Origin: Gemmatimonadaceae bacterium
GTDB lineage: Bacteria; Gemmatimonadota; Gemmatimonadetes; Gemmatimonadales; Gemmatimonadaceae
Direction of reading: 5' to 3'
Assembly (NCBI GenBank): GCA_020853635.1
Contig: JADYYN010000199.1
Span: 23,016-87,015 of the forward strand
Length of the DNA: 64,000 bases
Shown one piece after another: positions 42,286-52,322 of the stretch. The first letter of the stretch is position 1, and every line of letters starts with the position of its first letter. The notes below the pieces were generated by a model. That model worked only from the letters and a program-made list of their open reading frames with translations. It did no database searches and was not told the origin of the DNA. A program made the position numbers and the translations under genes.

Positions 42286-43602
42286 TCACCCCTGCGCCGG
42301 CAGCACCGCACCACGGCATTCGCCGAAGCCGATCCGTCGACGTCCTGCTGTCTCGCACCATCCGCGGACGATCACCTCATCGCCATCCGCGAGGAAACTG
42401 CGCTGCTCCCCGTTGGGCAGCAACACCGGTTCGGTCCCGCGCCAGCTCAACTCGAGGAGACACCCGCGCGCGTCCCGCGTCGGCCCGGACACCGTACCGC
42501 TCGCGAGCAGATCCCCCGGCCGCAGGTCGCAGCCATTGCTCGCATGATGCGTGACCATCTGCGCCATCGTCCAGTACATGCGCGCGAACTCACCGCGGCT
42601 CAGTCGCACGGCTTCGACGCCCTGCGCCCGCATGGTCGCCGTGCGCAGCCACACCTCGAGCGTGATGTCGAACGCACCGCGCGCGCGATCCTGCTCGTGC
42701 ACCAGGTAAGGCAGCAGCGCGGGATCCTCTGCGCCACGCTCGCGCGACGGCGCGCGGAACGGTTCCAAGGCATCCAGCGTCACCACCCACGGCGAGATGC
42801 TCGTGGCGAAGTTCTTCGCGAGGAACGGTCCGAGCGGCTGGTATTCCCACGTCTGTAGATCGCGGGCCGACCAGTCGTTCACCAACACCAGACCGGCGAC
42901 ATGCGACTCGGCGTCGGCGAGCGGGATCGGCGATCCCAGGCTGTTCCCCGCGCCGATGACCGCCCCGACTTCCAGCTCATAGTCCATACGCGCACTCGGC
43001 CCCCACGCGGGCGGACCGGCGGGTGCCGCGCTCGTCTGCCCGTGCGGACGACGCACGTCGGTGCCGCTCACCACGATGGACGACGCACGTCCGTGGTAGC
43101 CGATCGGCAGATGCTTGTAGTTGGGCAGCAACGGATTGTCGGGACGGAACATCGACCCGACGTTCGTCGCGTGATCGATCGAGGCATAGAAGTCGGTATA
43201 GTCGCCGATCGTCGTCGGCAGGCGCATGGTCGCCCCTTCGCGCGGCAGCAGCAGCGCGGTGTCCCGCTGCGCGCGCGCACCCTCCGCGGTATCGGCGCGC
43301 AGCGAGGTGCTCAGCCGTCCGCGCATCGCACAGAGCGCCGACCGACCGAGCGCGAACAACGCATTGAGCGTCCGCTCGCCGAGCGCCGCGGCGATGTTGG
43401 GCGCGAGGCCCTCGAAGTATCCACGATCGCGCGCCACCACGAGGTCGAGGATGCGGTCACCGATCGCGACCCCGATACGCGGCGTGCCATCGCGCAGGAA
43501 CACGCCGAACGGCAGGTTCTGCACCGGGAAGTCCGCCCCGTCGGTGTTCGCCGACTCCACCCAGGATCGGAGCGACGCGTCGTGTGTGATATCGATAGGC
43601 AT
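42286..43602 (-). CDS. fahA: Fumarylacetoacetase
   Basis: DFPVQNLPFG, DYTDFY, DYELE, NDWSARD.Q.WEY.PLGPFLAKNF. Confidence 0.95.
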   Translation of the reverse strand: MPIDITHDASLRSWVESANTDGADFPVQNLPFGVFLRDGTPRIGVAIGDRILDLVVARDRGYFEGLAPNIAAALGERTLNALFALGRSALCAMRGRLSTSLRADTAEGARAQRDTALLLPREGATMRLPTTIGDYTDFYASIDHATNVGSMFRPDNPLLPNYKHLPIGYHGRASSIVVSGTDVRRPHGQTSAAPAGPPAWGPSARMDYELEVGAVIGAGNSLGSPIPLADAESHVAGLVLVNDWSARDLQTWEYQPLGPFLAKNFATSISPWVVTLDALEPFRAPSRERGAEDPALLPYLVHEQDRARGAFDITLEVWLRTATMRAQGVEAVRLSRGEFARMYWTMAQMVTHHASNGCDLRPGDLLASGTVSGPTRDARGCLLELSWRGTEPVLLPNGEQRSFLADGDEVIVRGWCETAGRRRIGFGECRGAVLPAQG

Positions 43603-43603
43603 G

Positions 43604-44491
43604 TCAGAGCAACCGGAGCGAGTGGAGGTCCTCGACGGGTTCGGCGAACGAACACGAGCCGAACGAGGCCGCGAGCACCGTGCGCGCGGTAGCGAGTTGC
43701 GCGGTCGTCACCGTGAGACCGCGCCACGTGATGCCGGTGGGTGTGACCACCAACGACGCGGCGGCGCGTTCCTCGAGCAGCGGCGCGACGGCCGCCGCCG
43801 GATGGCCCACGCGCAACATCGCCGCCGCGAGGAAGATGTTGATGAACCCGTACATCGTCCCCTCAGCGGCATCCGCCGCATAGGTCAACCGATATTCGCC
43901 GCGCAGCGGGTGATGCAGCCCGGCCGTCGCCTTGAACGGGACGCCCATCTCCACACTCGCCACGAGGAAGCGCATCACCTCGGCCGGAGACGGGAACGCG
44001 TCGGCGGTCACGCCGCCGGTCCGGATCTTCGCGCGCAACCCGACCGCCGCGAGTGCCGCGACGAACGGCACGGGGTCGCTGCGCAGCGGGACCTCGACGT
44101 ACACCGTGTACTGTGCACCGAGCGCGGTGGCGATCGCCGGGATCTGCGCCGGATCATCCGCCTTGGTCTCGATGGTATCGATCACCATGGTCCCACCGTG
44201 TCGCGCGGCGAACGCGCGCACCGTCGCCGCATCCGCCGCACCGGCGAGCACCGCCACGCGCCAGGGACGCGACGCGCTCGGACGACGGTCGCCGAGTCCG
44301 TCGAGGGCCGCAGCCAGTTCATCGAGCCGCGCGAGCGGGACGATGAACCGACCCAACCACCGTCGGTCTGCACCGGAGGTGTACTGCGCGTGGTTCGCGA
44401 CCGCATCCGCCATCGACAAGGCTGCGGGTGGGAAGAGGCCCGCGTAGTCGATCAGCTCGGCGAGCAGCGTCTCCAGCGCCGGTGTCCCCAC
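43604..44491 (-). CDS. Conserved hypothetical protein (possible TIM-barrel), fahA-linked
   Basis: LIDYAGLFPP, AKIRTGG, PFKATAGLHHP, FGSCSF.EP motifs. Confidence 0.75.
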   Translation of the reverse strand: MGTPALETLLAELIDYAGLFPPAALSMADAVANHAQYTSGADRRWLGRFIVPLARLDELAAALDGLGDRRPSASRPWRVAVLAGAADAATVRAFAARHGGTMVIDTIETKADDPAQIPAIATALGAQYTVYVEVPLRSDPVPFVAALAAVGLRAKIRTGGVTADAFPSPAEVMRFLVASVEMGVPFKATAGLHHPLRGEYRLTYAADAAEGTMYGFINIFLAAAMLRVGHPAAAVAPLLEERAAASLVVTPTGITWRGLTVTTAQLATARTVLAASFGSCSFAEPVEDLHSLRLL

Positions 44492-45232
44492 TCAGCCCTC
44501 CGAGGGACCGTGCAACTGCACCGGCGCCGGCTTCTTGCTCAGGCGGATATTCAATGTCTCCACCGCCACCGAGAACGCCATCGCGAAGTACGTGTAGCCC
44601 TTCGGGATGTGGTAGCCGAAGCCTTCGATGAAGAGGTTGCCGCCGATCATCACAAGGAACGCGAGCGCGAGGATCTTCACCGTGGGGTGACGGTCGACGA
44701 ACGCGGAGATCGGTCCCGCGGCCGCGAGCATCACGAAGAGGGCGACGACGTTCGCGGCGATCATCACGCCGACGTTCGATACCATCCCGACCGCGGTGAT
44801 GACCGAGTCGATGGAGAAGACGATGTCGACGACCATGATCTGCGAGACGACGCCGAACAACGTCGCGCGACCGGCCGTGCTCTTGGCATCCTCGTGCCCG
44901 CCCTCGAGCTTGGAGTGGATCTCGAACGTCGCCTTCCCGATGAGAAACAGCCCGCCGATGATCAGGATGAGGTCGCGACCGGAGAACCCGTTCTCCATCA
45001 CCGTGAACAACGGGCGCTCGAGCCGCATGATCCACGAGATCGAGAGCAGGAACAGGATCCGCGTGACCAACGCACCGGTCAACCCGAGCTTGCGCGCCTT
45101 GGACTGTTCGTGCTGCGGCAACCGCGAGGCGAGGATCGCGATGAAGATGATGTTGTCGATGCCGAGGACGAGCTCGAGCGCGGTGAGCGTGAGCAAGCCG
45201 ATGTAGATCTGCGGATCAGCGAGCCATTCCAT
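44492..45232 (-). CDS. TerC family membrane protein
   Basis: LELVLGIDNIIFI, DIVFSIDSVITAVG, IPKGY. Confidence 0.92.
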   Translation of the reverse strand: MEWLADPQIYIGLLTLTALELVLGIDNIIFIAILASRLPQHEQSKARKLGLTGALVTRILFLLSISWIMRLERPLFTVMENGFSGRDLILIIGGLFLIGKATFEIHSKLEGGHEDAKSTAGRATLFGVVSQIMVVDIVFSIDSVITAVGMVSNVGVMIAANVVALFVMLAAAGPISAFVDRHPTVKILALAFLVMIGGNLFIEGFGYHIPKGYTYFAMAFSVAVETLNIRLSKKPAPVQLHGPSEG

Positions 45233-45281
45233 CGGAGGCAGGGTCAGAGTGAGAGCGACAGGAGAGCTGACGCGCGACGCG

Positions 45282-46241
45282 TCAGCGCAAGGCGCGGAAC
45301 GTCAACGACCAACGGCGAGGTTCGTTCGGAGCGAGCCAGGTGACCGACTGCCATTCGCCCAGTGCGTCCGCATAGCGGTCGGGCGCTCCGAGCGACGGCG
45401 CGAGCGCGAGAGCAGGTGCGGCCCGCCGGGCGAACGCACCGCGCGCGCCGTGACGCAGTCCGCCGCGATCGACCGCGACGCCGCAGAACGGTACACCTTC
45501 GCCGTCGGTCGTGATCGCCAACGTGAGCTCGCCTTCCTGGATCTGCACCGTCGCTTGGCCACCCGTGAGGTCCGCCCACCCCTGCAGCACCCGCCCCTTG
45601 GGCAGCATCCACGGAGCACTGAGGTCGAGCACCTGCTTCCCCAGTTCGTATCGCGGCCATGGTGTCGTCACCTCGATCGGGACACGGTCACCCACCTCCG
45701 CACCCGTGACCCGGAACCGGCTCGCATCCGGCAGGCGAAGTCGCGTCTGTTTGGAGAGCGGCAACAGCAGGTGCGCACTCCAGAGGAACGGCAGGCGCTG
45801 CTTGGCGAGCGAGACCGCCTCGTAGCTCGCCTCCACCACGCCGTCGCGCCGCACCAGAAGCGTGCGCGTCAGCGTCCACGGCAGGGCGTCACCCTGCCAC
45901 TGAGTGCGGAGGGCATGGCCCTCGATCGTCGTCTGCAGGTCAATGGAAGGGCGTTGCAACCGGGTTTCCCCTCCGCGCGCGATCGTCCGCGACCGCTGGC
46001 CTTTCACGACCTCCGGCAGCGGACCGCCCCCTGCCGCGGGCGCGCACTCATCCCAGCCGCCGCCCGCGAGGACCGACTCCTCCGCACTCGGCGCAGTTGC
46101 CGACCTGGGTGGCATCAACCACTCCCGCCCCCCCACCCGGAGCGCGCTGACGCGCCCGCCGTGCGCGGGCACGACCGTCACACGCGCGTCGCCACCTTCG
46201 AGCACGATCGTTCCCGGCACCTCCGCGCGCACGACGGTCAT
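45282..46241 (-). CDS. Galactose mutarotase/aldose epimerase-like protein
   Basis: GGRVSAL, GGWDECAP, PFLWSAH. Confidence 0.7.
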   Translation of the reverse strand: MTVVRAEVPGTIVLEGGDARVTVVPAHGGRVSALRVGGREWLMPPRSATAPSAEESVLAGGGWDECAPAAGGGPLPEVVKGQRSRTIARGGETRLQRPSIDLQTTIEGHALRTQWQGDALPWTLTRTLLVRRDGVVEASYEAVSLAKQRLPFLWSAHLLLPLSKQTRLRLPDASRFRVTGAEVGDRVPIEVTTPWPRYELGKQVLDLSAPWMLPKGRVLQGWADLTGGQATVQIQEGELTLAITTDGEGVPFCGVAVDRGGLRHGARGAFARRAAPALALAPSLGAPDRYADALGEWQSVTWLAPNEPRRWSLTFRALR

Positions 46242-46269
46242 CGGTACGCAAGGGAGCGCAGGAGCGATC

Positions 46270-47484
46270 TCAAACGATCGAGGCGAGATCCACGCCGCGC
46301 GTCGTGAACACGCGCGCGACGGTCTCGCCGATCTTGTTGTTTGGCGTGCTCGCGCCCGCCGTGAGTCCCACGCGCACCGGGCGATCCATCGGCAGCCAGT
46401 CCATGGTCTCGACTTCTTTCCCCGTGGCGAGGTCGCGGTGCCGGATGAGCGGGCGCTCCGTATCGATCCCGGCCGCGTCGCCGATGTGGAACGTCCGCAC
46501 CTTCTCCGCGCACAACGCCGCGAGCGAGATGGTATTGCTCGAGTTGTAACCGCCCACCACGAGCATCACGTCGAGCGGTTCCAGCAGCAAGGCGTTCACC
46601 GCATCCTGTCGGTCCTGCGTCGCCGAGCAGATCGTGTCGAACGTGCGGAAATGCGACGCGCGATGCTCCTCGCCGTAGCGCCGCGCCATCGCCTGCCCCA
46701 CGGCTTCACCGATCGCGAGCGACTCGCGCGCCAGCATCGTCGTCTGGTTCGCCACACCGATCCGCAGCAGATGCTCGTCAGGATCGAAGTGCGGAGAGGC
46801 CGCGTGCGCATACTTCGCGACGAATGCGTCCTTCCCCCCGACGAACGTCCCCTCGATATACGCCATCACATCCTCGGCCTGTGCCATGTCGCGCACGACG
46901 AGATACGTCCCGCCGGGGAACCGCTCCACCTGCGACGCCGTCGCGCGGGTCTCCTCATGGTAGTACTTGCCGTGGATGAGCGAGGTGAAGCCGTCCTTCG
47001 CATATGACTCGACGCGCTTCCACACGTTGAGCACGGACCCGCAGGTGGTATCGACCATCACGCAGCCCAGCGCGCGCAGTGTCTCGAAGTCGTGGATGGT
47101 CACGCCGAACGCCGGCAGGATCACCACGTCCTCGGGTCGCACACTCGAATAGTCGAAGCCCTTCTCGCTCGCGCCAAGGAAGACGATGCCCATCTCCTTG
47201 AGTTTGGCGTTCACGTGCGGGTTGTGGATGATCTCACCGGCCAGGCAGATGCGGCGATCCGGGAACTTCGCGCGCGTCTGGTACGCATACTCGACCGCGC
47301 GCTCCACACCGTAGCAGAAGCCGAACTCCTTCGCCAAGCGGATCGTGACCGGCCCCGCCACGAGTGTGTGCTCGCGCGCGAGGAGAAGGTCGACCAGTTG
47401 ACCATCGTAGTCGGCGGTGAGGGTGTCCTGCACCTCGGACTTGAGGCCGAACCCTTTTCGAAAGTACGTGGACTCAGGAGCCAT
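46270..47484 (-). CDS. ispH: 4-hydroxy-3-methylbut-2-enyl diphosphate reductase
   Basis: FGFCYGVERA, EIIHNP, DTTC, DTICSATQDRQ, GGYNSSNT, TAGASTP. Confidence 0.95.
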   Translation of the reverse strand: MAPESTYFRKGFGLKSEVQDTLTADYDGQLVDLLLAREHTLVAGPVTIRLAKEFGFCYGVERAVEYAYQTRAKFPDRRICLAGEIIHNPHVNAKLKEMGIVFLGASEKGFDYSSVRPEDVVILPAFGVTIHDFETLRALGCVMVDTTCGSVLNVWKRVESYAKDGFTSLIHGKYYHEETRATASQVERFPGGTYLVVRDMAQAEDVMAYIEGTFVGGKDAFVAKYAHAASPHFDPDEHLLRIGVANQTTMLARESLAIGEAVGQAMARRYGEEHRASHFRTFDTICSATQDRQDAVNALLLEPLDVMLVVGGYNSSNTISLAALCAEKVRTFHIGDAAGIDTERPLIRHRDLATGKEVETMDWLPMDRPVRVGLTAGASTPNNKIGETVARVFTTRGVDLASIV

Positions 47485-47581
47485 GGGAGGAAAGATAAGG
47501 ACGACCCCGGACGACCGCTGGGTGGAGAACGCGACCGGGGCCGCTCGCGCCGCGGCCCCGGCCGGGATAACTTCGCGGGGA

Positions 47582-49054
47582 ATGACCGACCACTTCGACC
47601 TCTGTGTCATCGGCGGCGGCCCGGCCGGCGAAAAGGGCGCCGCGCAAGCCGCGTACTTCGGGAAGTCCGTCTGTCTCATCGAACGCGCCCCGAAGCCCGG
47701 TGGTGCCGCGGTGAACACGGGGACCATCCCGTCCAAGACCCTCCGCGAGACCGCGCTCTACTTCAGCGGCCTCCGGCAGCGCGGCCTGTATGGCGTCGAG
47801 TACCGAGTGAAGTCCGACATCACCATCGGCGACTTCATGTTCCGTGAGCGGTTGGTCGTCGATGCGGCCTGGCAGCAGATCGAGCAGAACCTCGACCGGC
47901 ACCACATCACGCGCGTCCAGGGTCACGCGCACTTCGTTAGTCCGGAGACTGTCGAGGTCGATCGCTACAAGGAGACCGCGCGCCGAATCAGCGCCGAGGT
48001 CTTCCTCATCGCCACGGGTTCACAACCGTCCCATCCGCCCGAGATCCCCTTCGACGGCCGTGTGGTCGTCAACTCGGACGACATCCTCAGCCTGCCGGCC
48101 ATCCCCGAGCGGCTCATCGTCATCGGCGGCGGAGTGATCGGCTGCGAGTACGCCAGCATCTTCGCCGCGCTCGGCGTGCGCGTGACCATCGTGAACGCGC
48201 GCGAACGCTTGCTCACTCAGCTCGACGCCGACCTCTCGGATGCGCTCCGGCAGGAGCTGACGCGACGGCTCGGCGTGCAGGTCATGCTCGACGCGACGGT
48301 GACCCGCGTGACCACCGACGGGCATCTGGCGACAGTCACACTCAACGACGGCCGCGAAATCAACGCCGACTGCGTGCTCTACTGTGCGGGCCGGGAAGGA
48401 CACACCCTCGACCTCGGCCTGCAGACGGCCGGGGTCGACGTGAACCCGCGCGGGTTCATCAAGGTCGACGAACACTTCCGCACCGCACGCACGCATATCT
48501 TCGCCGCCGGCGATGTCATCGGCTTCCCGGCCCTCGCCAGCACCGCGATGGAACAGGCACGCGTGGCGATGTGTCACGCGTTCGACCTCAAGTACAAGAC
48601 CAACGTCTCCAACGTCCTGCCCTACGGCGTGTGGACGATCCCCGAGATCGCCACCGTCGGGCTCGGTGAGGACGCGGCCCGTGCCCGCGGCATGTCGGTC
48701 GAAGTCGGCAAGGCCTCGTTCCGCGAGAATCCCCGCGGTCAGATCATCGGCGAGACGGAAGGCTTCGTGAAGCTCATCTTCCGCACCGACGATCATCGCC
48801 TGGTCGGCGCGAGTGTGCTCGGCGAGGGCGCCTGCGAACTGGTCCACATCCCGGCGGCAGTCATCCAGCTCGGCGGGACGCTCGACTATTTCATCCAGTG
48901 CGTCTTCAACTACCCGACGCTCTCCGACGCCTTCAAGTACGCGGCCTACGACGGCCTGCAGCGTCTGACGAAGCGCGTGAGCAAGGCCATGGAGCCGCGC
49001 AGTCGCAGCTCCTCAGGCGAACACGCTAGCGCGCCGACACCAGATACGGCCTGA
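47582..49054 (+). CDS. sthA: Soluble (Si-specific) NAD(P)+ transhydrogenase
   Basis: GGGPAG, NTGTIPSKTLRE (no redox Cys pair), GDVIGFPALAS, FNYPTL. Confidence 0.92.
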   Translation: MTDHFDLCVIGGGPAGEKGAAQAAYFGKSVCLIERAPKPGGAAVNTGTIPSKTLRETALYFSGLRQRGLYGVEYRVKSDITIGDFMFRERLVVDAAWQQIEQNLDRHHITRVQGHAHFVSPETVEVDRYKETARRISAEVFLIATGSQPSHPPEIPFDGRVVVNSDDILSLPAIPERLIVIGGGVIGCEYASIFAALGVRVTIVNARERLLTQLDADLSDALRQELTRRLGVQVMLDATVTRVTTDGHLATVTLNDGREINADCVLYCAGREGHTLDLGLQTAGVDVNPRGFIKVDEHFRTARTHIFAAGDVIGFPALASTAMEQARVAMCHAFDLKYKTNVSNVLPYGVWTIPEIATVGLGEDAARARGMSVEVGKASFRENPRGQIIGETEGFVKLIFRTDDHRLVGASVLGEGACELVHIPAAVIQLGGTLDYFIQCVFNYPTLSDAFKYAAYDGLQRLTKRVSKAMEPRSRSSSGEHASAPTPDTA

Positions 49055-49466
49055 GCGCATCCTTCACGAAGTCCGGCAACGGCCGCTTCGTGATCGTCTC
49101 CTTCTCCACGCATACCACGGTCAGCGTCGCCGATGCGCGATGCACCAGATCGCGTGCACGAAACGCCTCGAAGCACAACGTGAGCGAGGTCTCGCCGAAG
49201 CGTGCGACGCCTACGCGGATCTCCATCAGCTCGTCCATCTCGGCGGGCGAGTGGAACTCCACCTGGAACGCCTTGCGCGGCAACTGCACCTGCCGCTGCA
49301 CACGCATCACCTCGTACGGCAGTCCCGCTGCGCGGAACATCTCGTGCTCCGCGGCCTCGAAGAACCGGACGTACGTCCCGTAATAGATGATGCCCAGCGG
49401 ATCGCAGTCGCTCCAGCGGACGCGCTCCTGCACGGCGAACGGGAGAGGGGGGCCGGCAATTGTCAC
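49026..49466 (-). CDS. Acyl-CoA thioesterase (4HBT/YbgC family)
   Basis: VRWSDCDPLGIIYYGTY..FFE. Confidence 0.88.
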   Translation of the reverse strand: MTIAGPPLPFAVQERVRWSDCDPLGIIYYGTYVRFFEAAEHEMFRAAGLPYEVMRVQRQVQLPRKAFQVEFHSPAEMDELMEIRVGVARFGETSLTLCFEAFRARDLVHRASATLTVVCVEKETITKRPLPDFVKDALRPYLVSAR

Positions 49467-49582
49467 GGGAGGTCACCTGACAACGGGTAAGTGAGAACGC
49501 CTACTGGCGCGCGCTGCGCGAACAGTAACTTGCTTACAGGCGGGTGCGATGGGCACCCGCTTCCCCTCAACCGGAGCGGCAC

Positions 49583-50503
49583 ATGCTGCGCACCCTCCTG
49601 GTCCCCCTCGACGGTTCCACGCTCGCCGAGCGTGCCTTGCCGATCGCCTGCGACATCGCACGACGTACCGGCGGTGTCGTCCATCTCGTCCGCACACACG
49701 TCCCGATCGCCGTCGTCGGAGCCACCGCCGAGGGCGCGATCTTCTCGCAGGACATGCTCGCCGCCGACGACGCGCTCCGACAGCGGGCGCGCAAGTACAC
49801 CGAAGAGCTGAGCACCCGACTCGGCGCCGAGTGGGGGCTCCGCGTGCAGTGGCACGTCGAGGACGGCACGCCCGCCGGCCTGGTCACCGACGTCGCCGAC
49901 CGCATCGATGCCGACCTCATCGTGATGACCACTCACGGCGCGGGCGGGTTCACGCCCGACTGGCTCGGCTCGGTCGCCGATTCGGTCATCCGGCACTCGC
50001 ACCGTCCGGTGCTCGCTCTTCCGGAGAACGACGCGCACCTCGGCGAGCCGTTCACGCCGCGACGCGTGCTCGTCACACTCGACGGCAGCACCCGCGCCGA
50101 GACCATCCTTCCGGTCGTGCGCGATCTGGCCATCGCCTTCGGGGCCCACATCGAACTCGTGCGCGTCGTCGCACCGTACGTCCCGGGTGACTCGCTCGAC
50201 ATCCTCTCGGCCGAGCGCCCGGACCCGTTCGGCGTCGACGCCGAGACGGTCACGGCGAAGGCGAGCCTCGACCGCATCGCGAAGGTGCTTGAGGCCGCCG
50301 GCGTGAAAGCGACGGCGACCGTGCGGGTCGAACTCTCGCCCACCCGCACACTCATCGATCACGTGAAGGAAACCAATCCCGACTGCCTCGCGATCGCGAC
50401 GCAGGGGCGTGGCTTCTCGCGGATCTTCTTGGGCTCGGTGGCCGACAAGCTCATTCGTTCGGCGCAGCGTCCGGTGCTGGTGCTGCGACCGCCGAAGGGC
50501 TGA
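49583..50503 (+). CDS. Universal stress protein (tandem Usp domains)
   Basis: LLVPLDGS...LIVMTTHG...LGSVA, repeated twice. Confidence 0.92.
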   Translation: MLRTLLVPLDGSTLAERALPIACDIARRTGGVVHLVRTHVPIAVVGATAEGAIFSQDMLAADDALRQRARKYTEELSTRLGAEWGLRVQWHVEDGTPAGLVTDVADRIDADLIVMTTHGAGGFTPDWLGSVADSVIRHSHRPVLALPENDAHLGEPFTPRRVLVTLDGSTRAETILPVVRDLAIAFGAHIELVRVVAPYVPGDSLDILSAERPDPFGVDAETVTAKASLDRIAKVLEAAGVKATATVRVELSPTRTLIDHVKETNPDCLAIATQGRGFSRIFLGSVADKLIRSAQRPVLVLRPPKG

Positions 50504-51038
50504 CCGCGTAGAGGGCGGGGGTCACGAACGGGGCCATCGCGTAGGTGACGAGTACTTCGTATGCCGCCTGACGATCGATGCGCCCCGCGGTGAGGATGCC
50601 GACCGCACCCTTGCCGTGTTTGGTCCCGCGCTCGGCGACGAGCGCGTCCATGGCGTGACCGAGTTCCATGCCGGCGCGGACCATGGCCGCCACCGCGTCG
50701 GGCAGCGGCATGGCGAGCGACCCACCGACACCCTCGCGCCCATCGCGGTGCACCACAACGCACCAGGCACAGGAGCGCATGCCCGTCGCCGACTCCACGA
50801 CGCCGCCCTCGAGCCCCACGCCGAGGTCGGCGTCGAGCGCTTCTCGGGCGGCGCGCGCGCGATTGCGCGCGCCGGAGATGGTCTCGTCGTCGCCGAACGG
50901 TTGGTCGGGCACGCCGGACGGCACGGCGATCGGCTCGACGGTCGCCGTCGGGGTCGCCCACGCAAGCACGGCACGCACGGCGCCCAGCTTCACTGGATTG
51001 GCCGAACCCACGGCGACGCGAAGGATGCGGTCGGTCAT
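50451..51038 (-). CDS. yjjX: Inosine/xanthosine triphosphatase
   Basis: VGSANPVK, SGVPDQP, GARNRA, GLEGG, GAVGILT. Confidence 0.88.
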   Translation of the reverse strand: MTDRILRVAVGSANPVKLGAVRAVLAWATPTATVEPIAVPSGVPDQPFGDDETISGARNRARAAREALDADLGVGLEGGVVESATGMRSCAWCVVVHRDGREGVGGSLAMPLPDAVAAMVRAGMELGHAMDALVAERGTKHGKGAVGILTAGRIDRQAAYEVLVTYAMAPFVTPALYAVSPSAVAAPAPDAAPNE

Positions 51039-51074
51039 CCGCCAAATCTGACGGGTCGGCGCTATCTTCGCTCG

Positions 51075-51719
51075 ATGCCCCAGCGCCCGCGCCAGGAGAG
51101 CGGACCGGAACCCGTCTTCATCGGCGGACGGCTCTGGCTCGACTTCGTCAACACCGACGACGCGCGACTCGGCGTCCGGGTCGATACCATCGCGTCGTTC
51201 GAGCAGTTCGTCCGTTGGCTCGCCGCCGCGCATGTGATCGACGCCGAGCGCGCCGCCGCGCTGCTCCGCCGCGCGGCAGAACAACCCTCGGGTGCGACGG
51301 CCGCGTTGGTGGAGACGCGGCGGGTGCGGGCGGCGCTGCGTGCCTTGGTCGAACGCGGCCGCAGCGAGACCGCCGAGCGGGTGCGCGACGCCGCGCTCGC
51401 GGAGATCAATCGCGTGCTCGGGCGCTCGGTGGGCACACGACGCGTCGAGTCACGTGCCGATGGCGGCTACGTGCGGAGCTTCGTCCCCGTGGGAGACGTG
51501 TTCGGCGGGCTGGTGATCCCGGTGGTCGAGTCCGCCGTCGATTCGCTGGTGAACGACGAGCTCTCACGCATCCATCGCTGCGCCGACCGGCGCTGCCCGC
51601 GCCACTTCATCGACCTCACCCGCTCCCACACGCGCCGCTGGTGCGACATGCGCACCTGCGGTAATCGTGCTAAAGCGCAGCGCTCACGGCAGCAGGGACG
51701 CCGGCCTTCGCGGGCTTGA
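51075..51719 (+). CDS. ABATE/CGNR zinc-finger protein
   Basis: LDFVNT; C..RRCPRHFIDLTRSHTRRWCDMRTCGNRAK. Confidence 0.9.
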   Translation: MPQRPRQESGPEPVFIGGRLWLDFVNTDDARLGVRVDTIASFEQFVRWLAAAHVIDAERAAALLRRAAEQPSGATAALVETRRVRAALRALVERGRSETAERVRDAALAEINRVLGRSVGTRRVESRADGGYVRSFVPVGDVFGGLVIPVVESAVDSLVNDELSRIHRCADRRCPRHFIDLTRSHTRRWCDMRTCGNRAKAQRSRQQGRRPSRA

Positions 51720-52305
51720 TGTAGCCCATCAGCTCGGCGTAGTCGCGCAGCTGCGTCTGCAGCAAGCGGCGACCGCGGAACAGTCGCGACTTCACCGTGC
51801 CTTCCGGCACACCGAGCACCTGGGCGATCTCGGCGTACTTGAGCCCGTGCAGATCGCTCATCACCACCGCCGAGCGGTACTCGTCCGGCAACGCGTGGAT
51901 CGCTTCGACGATCTCGGCGTCGAGGAACGAATCGTAGAACGTGCCTTCCGGGTCGGCGTCACCCACCGGCTCGAACACCGCGCGGCCTTCTTCGTCCTCG
52001 AGCGGCTGCACTTCACGCGCGTCGATGCGACGCTTCCGGGACACGAAGGCGTGGTAGAGGATGGTGAACAGCCACGCCCGGATGTTGGTGCCGAGGCGGT
52101 ACTGCTCCCAGCGTTGGAAGGCGCGGAGCATCGTGTCGGACACGAGATCCTCGGCTTCGTCGCGCGCGCGCGTGAGCTTGAGCGCGAACGAGTAGAGCGC
52201 GTCGAGGTGACGCACCGCCTCGTCATCGAACTTCGCGCGCGCTTCCGTGCGCTCGCGTTCCGGCGAGCGTTCGAAGATGCCGTAACCAGCGGCTATGGAT
52301 GCCAT
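51670..52305 (-). CDS. ECF sigma-70 factor (SigR/SigH-like)
   Basis: AEDLVSDT, GTNIRAWLFTIL, GTVKSRLFRGR. Confidence 0.92.
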   Translation of the reverse strand: MASIAAGYGIFERSPERERTEARAKFDDEAVRHLDALYSFALKLTRARDEAEDLVSDTMLRAFQRWEQYRLGTNIRAWLFTILYHAFVSRKRRIDAREVQPLEDEEGRAVFEPVGDADPEGTFYDSFLDAEIVEAIHALPDEYRSAVVMSDLHGLKYAEIAQVLGVPEGTVKSRLFRGRRLLQTQLRDYAELMGYIKPAKAGVPAAVSAAL

Positions 52306-52322
52306 TGTGCTCTCCCCGCGAC

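Noticed and set aside
43226-45343. 705-aa plus-strand ORF and other long antisense ORFs (e.g. 10840-12213, 21284-23023, 54385-56046, 60159-61739)
   Set aside because: These are Arg/Ala-rich shadow ORFs opposite well-supported genes, as expected in high-GC DNA.
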